NCBI GenBank assembly: GCA_030390025.1
Contig: CM059439.1
Span: forward strand, 45,446,001-45,510,000
Source: Squalus acanthias
Lineage: Eukaryota
Direction of reading: 5' to 3'
Length of the DNA stretch: 64,000 bases
In this document: one piece after another, positions 26,001-39,712 of the stretch
How the letters are laid out: each line of letters begins with the position of its first letter
Position numbering within the stretch: the stretch's first letter is position 1
Translations under genes and position numbers: made by a program
Notes under the pieces: model-generated
Databases searched by the model: none
Told to the model about the DNA's origin: nothing
The model's input: only the letters and a program-made list of their open reading frames with translations

Positions 26001-27492
26001 CACCTACAAATTGCATTCATGTTTTAAATTGTAATGAAGGTTCTCAAGGAGTCCTATCAAATGACATAATTGTTCTTCAGAACAAGAACGTACAATGCAA
26101 ACAAATTTGGAGTTCACTTCAGGTGTAACTCCTTTTTCAAAAAAAAAGCTGTGGTTCAAAATCCTACTAAAGAGAGATAATATACTGCCTTTTAATCTGC
26201 TTAAAAATATCACTATTTTTCACTTTACAATTTTCTTTCTTATGTAAAGGAACATAGTGTTACAGAGCACAAAAGTCCTAAAGAGTTAACAAGTCAACTG
26301 GGTTTTGAAGCAGCTGGCATTGAGCCTATAATCATTCAACATGTCCTTTATCACAGCACATGGTACAGTCTTCTGCCTATTGCTCTGTGCCAGTCTCACG
26401 GTCCAGGTGATAGCATAGTGACAATGCACCAGTATTGAATTCTTCTACAGACAAAGAATGAGCTCACTCGGAGCGAGCCCAGCTTACTGTCTGCTGCTCA
26501 TGACTACACAGTCTGTCTGCCGACAGACAAAGATGTCGGCAAGGGAGAGTTTGAACATAGTTTCTGGGTCCCTGGGTTTCAAAAGAGCTGAAAGCCAGCG
26601 GCCCGAGGGGTGAGGCTGGCTAGTCGCTGGCATACTTGGCTGTGCATTGAGCCAGGTGGCCTAAGCATACTGGCAAACGACTGGCATGGAGCCCAATGCA
26701 GATGGCTTGCATCACTTTGGTCTTTCCCCATGAAGCCTTTTAGACTGTGAACACAGATTTCTTTCAGGTCAGAGAGCAGATTTCAGCACTAAATCAAAGT
26801 TCTAATAAATATCCCATTGTCTTATTCTTTGTTCATGCATAGCAGAAAAACTTCAAGCCCTATTCTCTATCTTTTTACAACTGACACCCAGCCTGTGGAG
26901 TGTATACCCTACCTGGCCTCCCTGTTTTTTTATAAAACCATGCCTTCAGGTTAAAATAATCTCTCCCCGCCACCCCCCTGCCCCTGCCCCCGCCCCCCAC
27001 GGTCAGAGCCTTTTATTGAAAGAGAAAATTCTTTCTAGCCTCCCACTGAACGCATTATAGATTTCATCAGTCTCTGTGTAGTTTCAGGTTTTGTATAAAA
27101 CTGCAGATGAAAAGTATATTTATAAAAGAAATACCAGACCCCCAGTGTTATTTATACCATTGCAGGAGGTCTGCAGTAAACTACGGGGAAGCATTTCAAA
27201 CCTTGAATTTTGGATATAAATTATGCTGGAGGCCTTCTTGTCCCTAATTCATTTCTAAATGTTACCTTACTTCATTTAGCACCTTGTGTGCTTCTAGTGT
27301 TTAAAACTGCTCTCTACTTCACATCCATTATTTTTCCCAATGAGGATTTCATGCCTAATGATTCAATGTATTAAAACAAAACTAATGTCTTTGAAAGCCA
27401 TACAAAAAAGGAATGGGTGTGTTCTATTGGTGAGGGGGGTCTTTCCAGTGTTTCATTATTAACAAGGGAATCATGGTTGCTGTGCATTAATT

Positions 27493-27786
27493 CAGAGTTG
27501 ATGGCAGTATAGGTCAGAGTTGATGGCAGTATAGGTCAGAGTTGATGGCAGTATAGGACAGAGTTGATGGCAGTATAGGTCAGAGTTGATGGCAGTATAG
27601 GACAGAGTTGATGGCAGTATAGGACAGAGTTGATGGCAGTATAGGTCAGAGTTGATGGCAGTATAGGTCAGAGTTGATGGCAGTATAGGACAGAGTTGAT
27701 GGCAGTATAGGACAGAGTTGATGGCAGTATAGGACAGAGTTGATGGCAGTATAGGTCAGAGTTGATGGCAGTATAGGACAGAGTTG
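27493..27786. repeat. 22-bp minisatellite, ~13.4 units
   Basis: Unit CAGAGTTGATGGCAGTATAGG(T/A); only the last base varies. Confidence 0.98.
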
Positions 27787-29662
27787 CATCAGAGCTGTAG
27801 TAAAAGTGGTGATTCACTTATATAATAGGGTCAACCCGACTGATCATCAATACTCAGATCCACTCCTTCTAGTACAGTGTGTGGGACAAGTTTCTGTTAG
27901 TTATCAGGTGTCTAGGATGGGTGAGAAAGAGTCTACCAGCCTAGTTTTTCACCTCCTTGGGGCATAATTCTTACCAACCAATCCACACAATAGCCTAAGT
28001 TTTGGGAGCCAGGCAGTCTGTTCACCTGTTCTATGTGACACATGGTCATAACTTAGTCTCAGGAGCAAGGTATCTGGAGGGATTTTGTCCTCTGACAATT
28101 TAAAGCCATCTGCAGCTTTCAAACTGTGCATTTCTGTTTATCACATATCGTAAAAATTAACTGGCTGCATATTTCTGAAGAATAAAATGCCACAGTCAAT
28201 AATTCTTCAATGTCTTTGAGCATCCAATGTGCAGGGGCACTGACAGAAGTCTGAGCCAGGTCATCCAAAATAGCGACTCAATTTACAAAAAAAGGTTAAA
28301 AAATAAGCATTTACAAGAAAAAGAAAATGTCTGTATCTGCGCACAGCATTTTTAGGTAACATGGCTTTTTCCAATGGAGCAAGGCTTCATAACTGTAAAA
28401 ATGAAGGACTGTGTTTTTCATTGTAAATTAATAAATTCTGGGATGGATCGAAAAGTTGTAATATACTACTTAAAAAAATATGTTCCAAACCAATGGCAAA
28501 ATGTACTACTGCAACAAAAGGAGGATCCAGGGGTTAAAATACAATAGTTTCTACAAGACTATCAGTTATATGCTACCTTATCATGTTGAAATGTCTCAAA
28601 GTGCTTTACATGATCAATTACTTTTTAAGCCCTGTGATATTTCGGCAAATGTAGCAGCTATTCTACATCAAATAATGCCATGGGATCTTTAGTGTTGATC
28701 TGAACCACTGGTTATTATTATAGAGACACTGAGGCCAGAACCGTTTAACTTTCATAACAGGCTAATGTTTAAATTTGGGGTAAATCACAGGGATTGTGAA
28801 TATCAAGGGTCGCCATTCCATTCAGGTTTTGAGTAAGAAACTACCAATAATTTGTGCTGGCCATCCTATGTGTGTGAGAACCTGTTCTACGCATCACTAA
28901 TTTAAGCTGGAGGTGGTGGAAGGCTGTGGATAGCATCTCTCCATTCTGACCCAGCTGCAGCAGTGCTCGGCCTTCCATTAATTTAAATGACACAATTAGT
29001 ATCGCAATAGTAAGTAGTTTCCCTCAGTAAGCTCTGGTAACTGTGCAGAGGCCCCATAGAAATACAATGTCTTAGATTCCAAAGTAAGGTACACGAAGAG
29101 TTAGTATTGATGATCAAATGACAACTGCGGGGAGGTGTAAATGAACATCTTATATTTTAGTCTTTCCATTTGTCAAGTTTGTGGAAAAGTCAACAACACA
29201 ATTGTCAGTTTAAAACTCAGCTAGATGGATTCTGTTCTTCCAGCAATGATCCCCAGTTAAGTCAAGAAGGCATCAAAATGAAAGAGGATTACAAAAAAAG
29301 TCCAATAATTTCTGTCTGCGTACTTCCAAACTAAGCCCGTCTTTCTGATTCAATTTTATCTATTGCATTTTTCAATACAATCAGCTACATATGTCAAATA
29401 TATTTCTTGCACTCTTCTATATTGGAAATTCGTATTCCTTCATTGCAGTACATGGGTATTTGATTTGATTTCCTCTTTGCAAGTTGGGAGAATGGTTTAA
29501 AATACAAATATTATGCAGCACTTATAAGGACCTCAGTTGCACTGGATTGCGCATTTTGTTCCTCTGCCTTTTTCCAATAAAATGTGCAATCTATCCTACT
29601 AGAATCACAGAATTGATCAAAATATAAATTTCTTCCAAAAACCTCAATTTTCCAGTAAGTGG

Positions 29663-31940
29663 CATAAGAACATAAGAAATAGGAGCAGGAGTAGGCCATT
29701 TGGCCTTTTGAGCTTGCTCCACCATTCAACAAGATCATGGTTGATCTTCTACCTCAACTCCACCTTCCCGCACTATCTCCATATCCTTTCATTCTCTTAG
29801 TTCCCAAAAATGTATCTATCTCTGTCGTGAATATACTCAATGACTGAGCATTCACAGCTCTCTGGGGTAGAGAATTCCAAAGATTCACAACCCTTTGAGT
29901 GAAGAAATTTCTCCTCATCTCAGTCCTAAATGGTCGACCCCTTATTCTGAGACTGTGACCCCGTGTTCTAGATTCCCCAGCCAGGGGAAACATTTTCTCA
30001 GCATTAACCCTGTCAAGCCCCTTAAGAATTTTATATGTTTCAATTAGATCACCTCTCATTCTTCTAAGCTCTAGGGAATATAGGCCTAGTCTACTCAATC
30101 TCTCCTCATACAGCAATGCCCTCATCCCAGGAACCAGTCCAGTGAACCTTTGTTGCACTCCCTCCAAGGCAAGTATGTCTTTCCTTATGTAAGGAGACCA
30201 GAACTGTACACAGTACTCCAGGTGTGGCCTCACCACTGCCCTGTATAATTGTAGTAAGACTTCTTTACTTTTATACTCTAATCCCTTTGTAACAAAAGCT
30301 TAACATACCATTTGCTTTTTGAATTGCTTGCTGTACCTGCATGTTAACTTTCTGGATTCATGTACAAGGACACCCAGGTCCCTCTGAATGCAAACATTTC
30401 CCAGTCTCTCACCATTCAAAAAATATTCTGCTTTTTTTTCCCCTACCAAAGTGGATAACTTCACACTTCCCCACATTGTATTCCATTTGCCATGTTCTTG
30501 CCCACTCAGTCAACCTGTCTATATCTCTCTGCAGCCTCTTTGCGTCCTCCTCACAGCTTACATTCCCATCTAACTTTGTATCATCAGCAAACTTGGATAC
30601 ATTACACTCAGTCCCTTCTTCTAAGTCATTAATATAAATTGTAAACAGCTGAGGCCCAAGCACTGATTCTTGTGGCACTCCACTAGTTACAGCCTGCCAA
30701 CCCGAAAATGACCCATTTATTCTTACTCTCTGTTTTCTGTCCAATAACCAATCCTCAGTCCATGCAAGTATATTACCCCCCAATCCCATGAGTCCTAATC
30801 TTGTGTGGCACCTTATCGAATGCTTTTTGAAAATTCAAATACACTACATCCACTGGTTCCCCCCTTATCCATCCTACTAGTTACATCTTCAAAAAACAGA
30901 TTTGTCAAACATGATTTCCCTTTCATAAAACCATGTTGACTCTGCCTAATCATATTACGGTTTTATAAGTACCCTGTTAGATTCTAGCATTTTGCCTGCT
31001 ACTGATGTCATGCTAACTGGCCTATAGTTCCCTGTTTTTTCTCTTCCTCCTTTCTTAAATAGCGGCGTTATGTTTGCTACCTTCCAATCCTTGGGGACTG
31101 TTCTAGAATCGAGGGAATTCTGGAAGATTAATACCAGTGCATCCACTATCTCTGCAGCTACCTCTTTTAAAACCCTAGGATGCAGGTCGTCAGGTCCAGG
31201 GGATTTGTCGCCACTTAGTCCCATTAATTTCTCCAGCACTATTTCTTTACTTAGACTGATTTCTTTAAGTTCCTCATTCTCTCTAGACCTTTGGTTCCCC
31301 ATTATTTCCAGAATATTTTTTGTGTCTTCTACCATGAAGACAGATACAAAGTACTTGTTTAATGTCTCCGCCATTTCCTTATTGCCCATTATAATTTCTC
31401 CAGTCTTTGCCTCTAATGGGCCCACGTTTACTTTCACTAATCTCTTCCTATTTACATATCTTTAGAAACATTTACAATCTGTTTTTATGCCTCTTGCTAA
31501 TTTACTCTCATTATTTTTTCTCCTTCTTTATCATTTTCTTGGTCCTCCTTTGCTGAATTCTAAAATCCTCCCAATCCTCAGGCTTACTGCTCTTTTTGGC
31601 AACATTATAAGCCTCTTCCTTTGATCTAATACGATCATTAACTTCTCCTGTTAGCCATGGTTGGACCACTTTCCCTGTGGGGTTTTTGGGCCTTAAAGGA
31701 ATGTATATTTGTTGTAAATTATGTATTAATTCTTTAAATGCTAGTCATTACTTGTCTACCGTCATACCTTTTAATGTAGTTTCCCAATCTACCTTAGCCA
31801 ACTCGTCCCTCATACTTATGTAGTTTGCTTTGTTTAGATTTAAGACCCTAGTTTTGGACTTAACTAAATCACTTTCAAACGCAATATAAAATTCTATCAC
31901 ATTATGGTCACTCTTCCCTAAAGGCCCCCTTACTACAAGG
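29663..31940 (-). mobile_element. 5'-truncated CR1 LINE (family A), frameshifted ORF2
   Basis: ORFs 31748-31957, 30955-31437 (KSPGPDDLHPRVLKE...NYRPVS), 30409-30789 (SGVPQESVLGP...KFADDTKL), 29754-30236 (VRPHLEYCVQFWSP); (ttcttatg)n tail at 29663. Confidence 0.97.
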
Positions 31941-32042
31941 CATCTTTGGTTGGCCATCTTAGAAGAAACCCCGGAATCATCATTAGTTAATTCTCAATTT
32001 CTCTCTTTTGCCCTTGTGGATTCTATTCATACCGTGCATAGC

Positions 32043-33513
32043 TTTTTAAAAATTCGTTCATGGGATGTGGGTGTCGCTGGCAAGGCTAGCGTTTATTGCC
32101 CATCCCTAATTGCCCTTGAGAAGGTGGTGGTGAGCTGCCTTCTTGAACCACTGTAGTCCTTGTGGTGAAGGTACTCCCACAGTGCTGTAGGGAGGGAGTT
32201 CCAGGAGTCTGACGCAGCGATGATGAAGGAACATATTTCCAAGTCAGGATAGTGTGTGACTTGGAGGGGAACTTCGAAGTGATGGTGTTCCCTTGCACCT
32301 GCTGCCATTGTCCTTCTAGGCGGTAGAGATCGTGGGTTTGGGAGGTGCTGTTGAAGAAGATTTGGCGAGTTGTTGCAGTGCATCCTGTAGATGGTACACA
32401 CTGTAGCCATGGTGCATCGGTGGTGAAGGAGTGAATGTTTAAGGTGATGGATGGGGTGCCAGTCAAGGGGGCTGCATTGTCCTGGATGGTGTCGAGCTTC
32501 TTGAGTGTTGTTGGAACTGCACTCATCCAGGCAAATGGAGAGTATTCCATCACACTCCTGACTTGCGCCTTGTAGATGGTGGAAAGGCTTTGGGGGAGTC
32601 AGGAGATGAGTCACTCGCCACAGAATACCCAGCCTCTGACCTGCTCTTGTTGCACAGTATCTATGTGGCTGGTCCAGTTAAGTTTCTGGTCAATGGTGAC
32701 TCCCAGGATGTTGATTTGGCCTCTAACAACCACAACCATCTTCCTTTGTGCTAGGTATGACTCCAGCCAGTGGAGAGTTTTCCCCTGATTCCCATTGACT
32801 TCAATTTTACTAAGGCTCCTTGGTGCCACACTCGGTCAAATGCTGCCTTGATGTCAAGGGCAGTCACTCTCACCTTACCTCTGGAGTTCAGCTCTTTTGT
32901 CCATGTTTGGACCAAGGCTGTAATGAGATCTGGAGCTGAGTGGTCCTGGCAGTACCCAAACTGAGCATCAGTGAGCAGGTTATTGGTGAGTAAGTGCTGC
33001 TTGATAGCACTGTCGACGACACCTTCCATCACTTTGCTGATGATTGAGAGTAGACTGATGGGGCGGTAATTGGCCGGATTGGATTTATCCTGCTTTTTGT
33101 GGACAGGACATACCTGGGAAATTTTCCACATTGTCAGGTAGATGCCAGTGTTGTAGTTGTACTGAAACAGCTTGGCTAGAGGCGCAGCCAGTTCTGCAGT
33201 ACAAAACTTCAGCACGACAGCCGGGATGTTGTCGGGGTCCATGGCCTTTGCTGTATCCAGTGCGCTCAGCCATTTCTTGATATCACGTGGAGTGAATCAA
33301 ATTGGCTGAAGATTGGCATCTGTGATGGTGGGGACCTCAGAAGGAGGCCGAGATGGATCATCCACTCGGCACTTCTAGCTGAAGATGGGTGCAAACACTT
33401 CAGCCTTGTCTTTTGCACTCACGTGCTGGGCTCCGCTATCATTGAGGATGGGGATGTTCATGGAGCTTCCTCCTCCCGTTAGTTGTTTAATTGTCCACCA
33501 CCTCTCATGACTG
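32043..33513 (-). mobile_element. CR1/L2-group LINE (family B), 5'-truncated, RT core deleted
   Basis: ORF 32751-33242 (NYRPISLLSIISKVME...LDIKAAFDRVWH); the frame jumps from VVRGQ to INILGVT near 32715, skipping the PQGS/ADD motifs; A-rich 3' end at 32043. Confidence 0.93.
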
Positions 33514-35139
33514 GAAAATAGTACTGGAGAAATTAATGGGACTGAAAGCTGATAAATCCCCTGGACCTGATGGCCTACATCCTAGAGTTTTGAAAGAGGT
33601 GGCTATAGAGATAGTGGATGCACTGGTTGTCATTTTCCAAAATTCCGTAGATTCTAGAATGGCTCCCACGGATTGGAAGGTAGCAAATGTAACCCCACTA
33701 TTTAAGAAAGGAGGGAGAGAGAAAACAAGGAACTACAAACCAGTTAGCCTGACATCAGTAGTTGGGAAAATGCTAGAATCTATTAATAAGGACGTGGTAA
33801 CAGGGCTCTTAGAAAATAATAATAGAATTGGGCAGTCAACACAGATCTATAAAAGGGAAATCGTGTTTGACAAATCTGTTAGAGTTTTTTGAGGTTGTAA
33901 CTAGCAGAATAGATAAGGGGGAACCAGTGGATGTGGTGTATTTGGATTTTCAGAAGGCATTCGATAAGGTGCCACACAAGAGGTTATTAAACAAAATTAA
34001 GGCTCATGGGATTGGAGGTAATATACTAGCATGGATTGAGGATTGGTTACCGGACAGAAAACAGAGAGTAGGAATAAACGGGTCATTTTCGGGTTGGCAG
34101 GCTGTAACTAGTGTGGTGCCACAAGGATCAGTGCTTGGACCTCAGCTATTCACAATCTATATCAATGACTTGGATGAAGGGACCAAATATAATATATCCA
34201 AGTTTGCTGATGATACAAAGCTGGGTGGGAATGTAAGTTGTGAGGAGGATGCAAAGAGGCTTCAAGGGAATATAGACAAGCTAAGTAAGTGGGCAAGAAC
34301 ATGGCAAATGGAATATAATGTGGAGAAATGTGAAGTTATCCACTTTGGTAGTAAAAATAAAAAAGCAGAGTATTTTTTAAAATGGTGAGAGATTGGGAAA
34401 TGTTAGTGTTCTGAGGGACCTGGGTGTCTTTGTACACGAATCACTGAAAGTTAACATGCAGGTACAGCAAGCAATTAGGAAAGCAAATGGTATGTTGGCC
34501 TTTATTACAAGATGATTTGAGTATAAGAGTAAAGATGTCTTACTGCAATTATAAAGGGCCATGTTGGAACCACACCTGGAGTATTGTATACAGTTTTGGT
34601 CCCCTTACCTAAGGAAGGATATACTTGCCATAGAGGGAGTGCAACGAAGGTTCACCAGACTGATTCCTGGGATGGGGGGATTTCCTATGAGGACAGATTG
34701 AGTAGATTAGGCCTATATTCTCTAGTGTTTAGAAGAATGAGAGGTGATCTCATTGAAACATACAAAATTCTTACAGGGCTTGACAAGGTAGATGCAGGGA
34801 GGATGTTTCCCCTGGCTGGGGAGTCTAGAACCAGGGGTCACAGTCTCAAAATAAGGGGTCGGCCATTTAGTACTGAGATGAGGAGAAATGTCTTCATTCA
34901 GAGGGTGGTGAATCTTTGGAATTCTCTACCCCAGAACGCTGTGGAGGCTCAGTCGTTGAGTATATTCAAGACAGAGATCGATAGACTTTTGGATATTAAG
35001 GGAATCAAGGGATATGGGGATAATGCAGGAAAGTGGAGTAGAGGTAGAAGATCAGCCATGATCTTATTGAATGGCAGAGCAGGCTCAAGGGGCCAAATGG
35101 CCGACTCCTACTGCTGCTCCTATTTCTTATGTTCTTATG
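33512..35139 (+). mobile_element. 5'-truncated CR1 LINE (family A), frameshifted ORF2
   Basis: ORFs 33491-33892, 33828-34388 (YLDFQKAFDKVPH...KFADDTKL), 34584-35162; tail ttcttatgttcttatg. Confidence 0.97.
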
Positions 35140-35239
35140 TGACAGGAACTGCAGAGCTTTGATCTGATCCGTTGGTTGTGGGATCGCTTAGCTCTGTCTA
35201 TAGCTGAGAGGATGCGTACAAACTCTGCTAATGGGGCTC

Positions 35240-35510
35240 GATGATCAGCCACTTGGAGGTGCACAAAGGTGACCCTCACTTTTATCATTTCCAAGCATCT
35301 CAAGAGCTCTGTCCTAACAAACTCCAACTCGTCCAAAACTCTACCAGCCATATTCTGTCCCATACTAAGTCCCATTCACCTGTTTCCATCCCTTGCCAAC
35401 CCCTAATGCCTCCATATTCCCCAATGTCACCATAGTTCTGCGTTATCTTCCTAAAGCTCTCCACTTTGCTACATCTCTCCCCATCTTCAAAAGGTTTATC
35501 AAAACTTCAA
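35240..35510 (+). mobile_element. L2-like LINE 3' fragment
   Basis: KLQLVQNSTSHILSHTKSHSP resembles the L2 ORF2 C-terminal motif. Confidence 0.6.
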
Positions 35511-35559
35511 CCTAGCTTCAATCCCAGAGCATGGGGCCTAGACGGCCGAAGGCATGGCC

Positions 35560-36600
35560 AGTAATGGTGGGCAGAGGAGGGGATTGGATGCACAAGAGGT
35601 CGGTGTCAGAGGAACAGATAGTTATGGGGCAATTATTGGGTTGGAGGAGGTTACAGAGATAGGGATGGCAAGGCTATTGAGGGGTTTAAACACAAGGATG
35701 AGAGATTTCAATTTGAGGTGTTAGACTGGGAACCAATGTAGATCAGCCAGGAAAGGGGTAATGGATGAATGGGACTTGGTAAGGGATAGGATATGGGCAG
35801 CAGTATTTCAATGAACTCAAGTTTACAGGAGGTGGAGGATGAGAGGCTGGCCAGGGGAGCATTGGAATAGTTGAGTCTGGAGGTGATAAAGGCATTTGAG
35901 GGATTCAGCAACGGATGGGCTGCGGTAGGGATGGAAACAGGCGGTGTTTGAGGTTGATATAGGCAGTCTTTGTGATGGAGATGATGTGGGGTTCAGAAGT
36001 TCAGCTTGGGGTCGAATAGCATGTTAAGGCTACAAACAATCTGATTCAGCCTGAGATAGTGTCCAAGGAAGGGGCAAAGGTATTGAGTTTGTGGAGACAG
36101 ACAAAAATGATAGCTTTGTTCTTCCCAATATTTAGCTGAAGGAAATTGCAGCTCATCTACAACTGGATGTCAGACAAGCAGTCTAGTCTGACAGCACAGC
36201 AGCAGTGAAGGGTTTGAAAGAAGTGATGGAGAGGTCGAGCTGCATTTCATCTGCCTACAAGTGGAAGCTGACCCCATGTCTGCAGATGCATCAGGAATTT
36301 CCTCAGGGCTTCTCCTGCTCCACCGCTGTAACTTTGGTTCAAACCTCATTTATATGTGTGAACAGGGTGCCCACTGAACTCCCACCAAAGTTACAACAGC
36401 AGGGCAGAAGCCCTGAGGATATTCCTAGTGAAGATATTGCTGAGGGGCAGCATGTCGATGAGGAAGAGGAGAGGGCCAAGGATGGACCCTTGACTCCCAA
36501 TGCGAGGGCAGTGGACAACTGATGAGAGGCTTTGGATGAGGATGGTCCGGTTGACCATGTCAAAAGCTACAGAGATGAGGAATGATAATGCATTACAGTC
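35560..36600 (-). mobile_element. Degenerate L2-like LINE
   Basis: Peptides AFITSRLNYSNAPLASL and SVAFDMVNRTIL...SQGSILGPLLFLIDMLPLSNI are L2-type RT motifs. Confidence 0.8.
36293..36426. mobile_element. Small palindromic MITE inserted in the L2 relic
   Basis: ~40-bp imperfect inverted arms ggaatttcctcagggcttct...gtaactttggt / accaaagttac...agaagccctgaggatattcc; L2 sequence resumes on both sides. Confidence 0.7.
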
Positions 36601-38800
36601 AAAGAGAATGTCATTCATGTTTCGGTGCTGATTTTATGTGCAGTCAACAGGTACAAGCTGAATATTTGAGCTCCATCCACAACATGATCATCATCCCCAA
36701 AATCAGGACTTACTTCATGTTCAACAAGAATTGGTTTTGTTCCTTTTATCTAACACTTCGTGAAAGGTTATGCTTCTAGGTAGATATTATAGCTATTAAA
36801 TCTTTCAGTTCTGAAAACACAGACAGACAGGCATTTTGCTAAGCTTGAAGACCACAGTGAGAAGTAATTCTTTTTACACTTGGCAGTAAATTGCAAACTG
36901 ACGTGTTGCAAATGGACATAAACCTTTGCAACTGAAGTTATATCAACAATGAAAGCTGTAAAAACTCAATTTGGGTTTTTTTGTTCGGAGGTTAAGTTGC
37001 TACTTTTGTTTTTAAAAATCATCAAATAAAATGACTTCTTAAAAGAGAGAAGAGTGACAAAGAAAATGTTTCTTTCTTTTGAAATAAATGAACTATGGTT
37101 CATACTGCTTGCATTTTTCTTTCTTTTTTAAAAATACACAGGGCTGTGCAATTGCTCCCTCTGGTACCAAGCTGTGTTGGGGGTTGCGGAAGGGGGTCAA
37201 GCTACAAGCTCACTTTTGGTAACATTCCCAGAACATATGGGAAGATATGGCTCCACAAAGCTACGTGAAACAGATGTTTAAAGAACTAATGCTAACAGAC
37301 CAAAAACGTGCAAATAGAATCTAAGGAACTGTACACAATAAATCCAGTCCCAGGGTCTTTCTTCAGTGCCATGAGAGTGCCTTAGAGACATGCAGCATAG
37401 TTTGGAAAAACAGCAACATCCGTTCATTCTGCTCTGCTGTACTCAGTTGAAATATGCACAATGTCCCATTATTACTGAATCATTATCTGGCTACAGCTCT
37501 GACAGAAGCATCATATGGGCTATGAAAGACTCCTTTCTTTTCACAATTAGCCTTTAAAACATTTCCTCATGTTACAGTCCTTTTCAGCCTCCCAGAATGC
37601 ACTGCTAAATTACAGTGCTGAAATTAACTGTATGCAGTTGTGATTTTATGATAAATATAGGGGAATTGAGCTGGTCTGACCCAGTATGTGTTTAACCCTT
37701 CATTGAACATTTAAAAGAATGGAAGTATAAAGCATAAAGACGCAAAAGAACTTTTAGAAACCAGTGCACTTGGTGAAAAGAAATTGTTCCAAGGAAAAGA
37801 TTCCAGACGTTTGCTAAATAAATAATCAGCACATGGGTAACTTAAAGATGATTAATTCCAACCCCTGCAATACTGACAACTATTCCTTCATTTACTCACT
37901 TTGTGCCTTTCGTTGCCAAACTAATTCTAGTTTTTATTATCAACCTGTAACACAAATATTGTTGAATCCATCAGTGGCTGGCACAGCTGCAGAAATAATT
38001 GTCCAAATTAAACCAAGAATTCAAATCACTGTTCTTCAATTCTCTTTTTATATAAAAAAAAACATTTCCCCAAAGGAAAATAACAGTCTTGTAACTGTTG
38101 ATGGGTTGTAAAAGATAGTAGGATTTTACCCCACCAGTCATCACCTCATTTTTTCAGGAATAGTCGGTGTACAGTCTTCTTTGCACACTTAAGTGAAATA
38201 AAAAACTGTCAGCTTATGTTATACAGTGACCCCACAAAAAATGGTACTGTTCTTTCTTGAATGGGAGAAATTTCATGGGGAGGCCACTATCTCCCCCGCC
38301 CACCGCTTCCTTACCAACCCAATGGCGCCCCTTCCCAAAATTTGTAAATATTTCTAAAATATTTATGAATATATATTTGAAAACAACAATTTTCAGTCCT
38401 TATGATGAATTTCTTTTTAAAGTATCTCAAGTCCAGTATTTCATGGTTGAGCTTCTATAAAATGAAAGATCAGCAGGGCCCAAATCCTTCTACAGACCTT
38501 GGCACAACCACCTGCCAATGACCCAACTACATCAGCTTAGCACATATGCCCTGCTGAGGTATGGACATGCATGAGATTCAGTGAAAGAGTTGTAGGTTGT
38601 GTGAAGCTTTGGCAAGCTGTAAATGTGGAGCAAGTTGACAGATTCCATTTTCTGGCATGTGCCAGCTACCTAGTAAATGATACTGCTGGTTAGTCTTACC
38701 TCGCCAGATTCTTTAAAGTGTGCTGTCTTTTCCCATTTCTGTTTCCAGATACTGTGTTGAGTTTGGCCAGAACCTCCTGCTAGGCACGATGCACAGCTAT

Positions 38801-38953
38801 TAGGGTTGCCAACCCTCTTACACTGTCCTGGAGTCTCCAGGAATTAAAGATTAATCTCGGGAGAAAAATCATAGTGGCACATTTTAAAAAAAAGAATCGG
38901 AGATGGGAAAATAAGCTGTTTGATGAAACCTCGAACCAGAGTTGGAAATCCTA
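38801..38953. mobile_element. hAT (Tip100-like) non-autonomous element remnant
   Basis: Ends tagggttgccaac / gttggaaatccta; the 8-bp flanks match only 5/8. Confidence 0.5.
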
Positions 38954-39529
38954 ACTGTTACCCTCTGGGGAGGATGCCCTGGAGTGATAAACAGGGAAAG
39001 TCTCCTTGTACACACTTGGGGGACAAAATGTCCACTTTGCCAGCCATCAAACAGGGGATCGGGGAGTGCGTCACTCTGCCATTTAGCCACATACTCTGTC
39101 AAGTGCTCCACGCTGCACTGTCCTTTCAACCTTGTCCATCAGTTATTAACCCCTCCCTGTACAGATTTTTCAAAGGCTGAAATCTGCTGTCTCCCTTTTT
39201 GAGCATTAAAAAAGGTGCCAACATTGTTTTCTGCCATAGACGGCTACTTACCTTTAAGTGGACGCATCCCTTTAAGTTGGAGCAGCGGGCCCCCTTCACT
39301 ACACACCTGCACAAGCGCAAACTTCACATGGAGCACGCGTAAATTATTAAACGTAGCTGAACTGGTGGAATCTGGAGATACCAATCAGGCAGGAGAGCGA
39401 CCATGATCAGTAAAGTGGTTCTCCCAGGACAAGGCTAACCCATTGTACTTGGGGTGTGCTAAATAGTGCACACATAGCAATTGTAGGATTGTGAAATTGG
39501 CCCTAATTTTATTTTTAAAGTAGCCAGAG

Positions 39530-39712
39530 TGCCCCCAGTAGCTTAGTGGATAAATGCACCAGCAGGTGTGATACTAAGCCAAATGGACCATAAGCCGCCA
39601 GGTTCAATCCCCAATCAGTGCTAAGTTAGCTGAAAGCAGCTTGTGGCAATTGGCCACAGCATTCCAGACTAGAAGGGGAAAAGGAATAAGCATGGACTGC
39701 AGGTCCTGATTG
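39530..39712 (+). mobile_element. LF-SINE-like element, 5' part
   Basis: tRNA-like head (gtagcttagtgg, ggttcaatccc) followed by gtgctaagttagctga...caattggcc, as recalled for LF-SINE; related to 62245-62468. Confidence 0.6.

Noticed and set aside
27493-27786. CRISPR-like regular repeat
   Set aside because: The units are contiguous with no unique spacers, there are no cas genes, and the context is eukaryotic; it is a minisatellite.
29663-35139. Single twin-primed or inverted CR1 insertion
   Set aside because: Both copies have their own 3' tails, overlap in element coordinates and differ at many positions.
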